64,000 nt of DNA, from the NCBI RefSeq assembly GCF_964204645.1, contig NC_134030.1, positions 14,818,110-14,882,109 of the forward strand, in the 5' to 3' direction. The notes under the pieces are model-generated. The model worked only from the letters and a program-made list of their open reading frames with translations, was not told the DNA's origin and made no database searches. Numbering within the stretch: the stretch's first letter is position 1; each line of letters opens with the position of its first letter. The stretch comes from Tubulanus polymorphus. Lineage: Eukaryota; Animalia; Nemertea. The translations under genes were made by a program, and so were the position numbers. Shown piece after piece: positions 62,291 to 64,000 of the stretch.

Positions 62291-63063
62291 ATGGTAGAAT
62301 TAAAAGAATACAGAATATTTGTTGATTCAAGAAAACTTACAAATTATAAATCTCATAATTTACTAGTACAATTAGATAGAGAATTTAAGAATTGTGTAGA
62401 TTTAAAATAAGTTAATATAAGTTTATGTAATTCTTTTTATAATATATCGGATAAAACTATTGATCATAATGCTTTTATGATTCATATTAGAAATGTAAAT
62501 AAATGGTTTCACCTAATTTTAAAACCAGGATTATATAATTTAGAAACACTAGCTCAAGAAATTAATAGAAGAGCACGGTTGAAAATAAGAAGTGAAGATA
62601 AATTTTTAATTAGATTTATAAAAAGTGATAGCACAAATAAAATTAAAATAAAGGTATATGATGAAAGTCAACATGCATTTATAGTCAGAAAACCTATAGC
62701 TAAACTGTTAGAAATTGTACCAGATACTGTTACAGGAAACGTAGATGGTAATTCAAATATAATACCTTTTACACACTTTTATATTTATTGCAATTTAATC
62801 GAGCCTACAAAAACTTTCGAAGCAACTAAAGAAACAATTTGTAGTTCTAGTATACTAAATATTTTACCGCTGAAAAATGTTAAACAATTTGGAACTCAAA
62901 TAAATTATAATTTAACTGAATGTGATTTTAAACCTTGCATTCCTAAATTTAATAATTTTAAATTAGAAATAAGAAATCATAATGGACATTTAATTGATTT
63001 GAATAACTTTCCTGTAATTTATATTACAGGATTATATTATTAGTTATAAGATGTAGAGAGTAA
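62291..63063 (+). pseudogene. Polinton penton, with a premature stop and a 3' frameshift
   Basis: Homologous to 4508-5269; ORF 62477-63043. Confidence 0.75.
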
Positions 63064-63079
63064 TTTTTTCATTATATAA

Positions 63080-63436
63080 ATGAATATAACTGTTGGGCCA
63101 AGCATATGTTTTGGATTTGATTTTAAACGTGAGAAAGAAATTAAATTTAACATTACTGATGTAATTACACATATCAAAAATATTACATTTTCTAATGAAA
63201 CAACATTTGAGTATGAAAAAACAATAGATAAAGAAACTTTTAATGTAGAAAAGATTACTAATTTAATTAGACAATCTTTAAGATTTTATGAATTAGATAA
63301 AGATTTTATCATCGATGATATTAAAAAAATAATAATTGAAATATATACAAATGAAACTAGTAATAAAATAAATGTTGAATTAATCATAAATAAGATAACT
63401 AAATATTTTGAAGATAGTAATTTTTTTGATAAATAA
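63080..63436 (+). CDS. Polinton hypothetical protein (118 aa)
   Basis: Intact ORF with a T7-N7-TAAATG start. Confidence 0.55.
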   Translation: MNITVGPSICFGFDFKREKEIKFNITDVITHIKNITFSNETTFEYEKTIDKETFNVEKITNLIRQSLRFYELDKDFIIDDIKKIIIEIYTNETSNKINVELIINKITKYFEDSNFFDK

Positions 63437-63655
63437 ATGAGTGATAATAAGTGGATAATAACTGGATTATATAATGGAGCATTACTATCAGTTGGAACTG
63501 TTGGTCATTCAATGGTATTAAAAAAGTATTCAAAATGGGAAGTGTTAATGTTGATAGATTTGATATAAATGATATTTTAAAATTAAAATTAGCAGTTACT
63601 TTATTCAATTTAACTATTGATTATTTAGAAAAACAAAAATATATTCCTCCCATAT
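63437..63655 (+). pseudogene. Small hydrophobic Polinton protein, frameshifted
   Basis: TAAATG start; ends ...DYLEKQKYIPPI. Its 3' end matches the sequence just upstream of the 140-aa gene at about 13700-13732. Confidence 0.45.
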
Positions 63656-63682
63656 AAATGCATAATTTTTTTTGCTAAATAA

Positions 63683-64000
63683 ATGGCTTCTGCAATTATA
63701 ACTATTATAGGATCGGCAATTGTTAACGCTTTAGCATTTACTGGTGGTGGTTATTTATTTAAACATATTGATAAAAATGGATCATTAACAGAACAGAAAA
63801 GACATAACTAAGCATTAGAGAAATATAATAAAGCAGCAGAAGAATATAGAGAAAAACGACAAAACTATATGGATTACATCAATAAAGAATTATATGATCA
63901 GAAGATTTCACATAGAGATTTTCAATCAGTCGATGATGCAATGAGTTTATATAACGCAGTAACCAATAATGAAAAATTACATCTACATAAACCTACAATA
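63683..64000 (+). pseudogene. 140-aa conserved Polinton protein, with an internal stop; runs off the window
   Basis: Homologue of 13274-13696. Confidence 0.75.

Overview
Eukaryotic (probably invertebrate animal) repeat-dense DNA made almost entirely of nested mobile elements. No conventional host gene is recognisable. (1) Three or four decayed, very AT-rich Polinton/Maverick (adintovirus-like) fragments lie at about 27-15130, 42900-54066 and 57470-64000. Together they carry protein-primed PolB, penton, major capsid, integrase-chromodomain, the start of a packaging ATPase, an HNH nuclease and several membrane proteins. (2) A near-identical duplicated unit pairs a Merlin (IS1595/IS1016-like) transposase with a divergently transcribed, spliced DUF3987/MCM-like ATPase gene. 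(3) A complete 15.1-kb P-superfamily transposon (21211-36314; about 52-bp TIRs; 8-bp ATTCCATT TSD) is inserted into one Merlin copy. It encodes a multi-exon P transposase and a convergent, intronless Pif1 helicase-SAP-PHD protein. (4) Gypsy, LINE ORF1, Penelope, Helentron-type and MITE fragments and several minisatellites fill the rest. The best candidates for something undescribed are the helicase-carrying, possibly two-component P element, the Merlin+DUF3987 unit, and poxvirus-like TAAATG late-promoter architecture on nearly all Polinton structural genes. All family calls come from motif recognition by eye; no database search was run.
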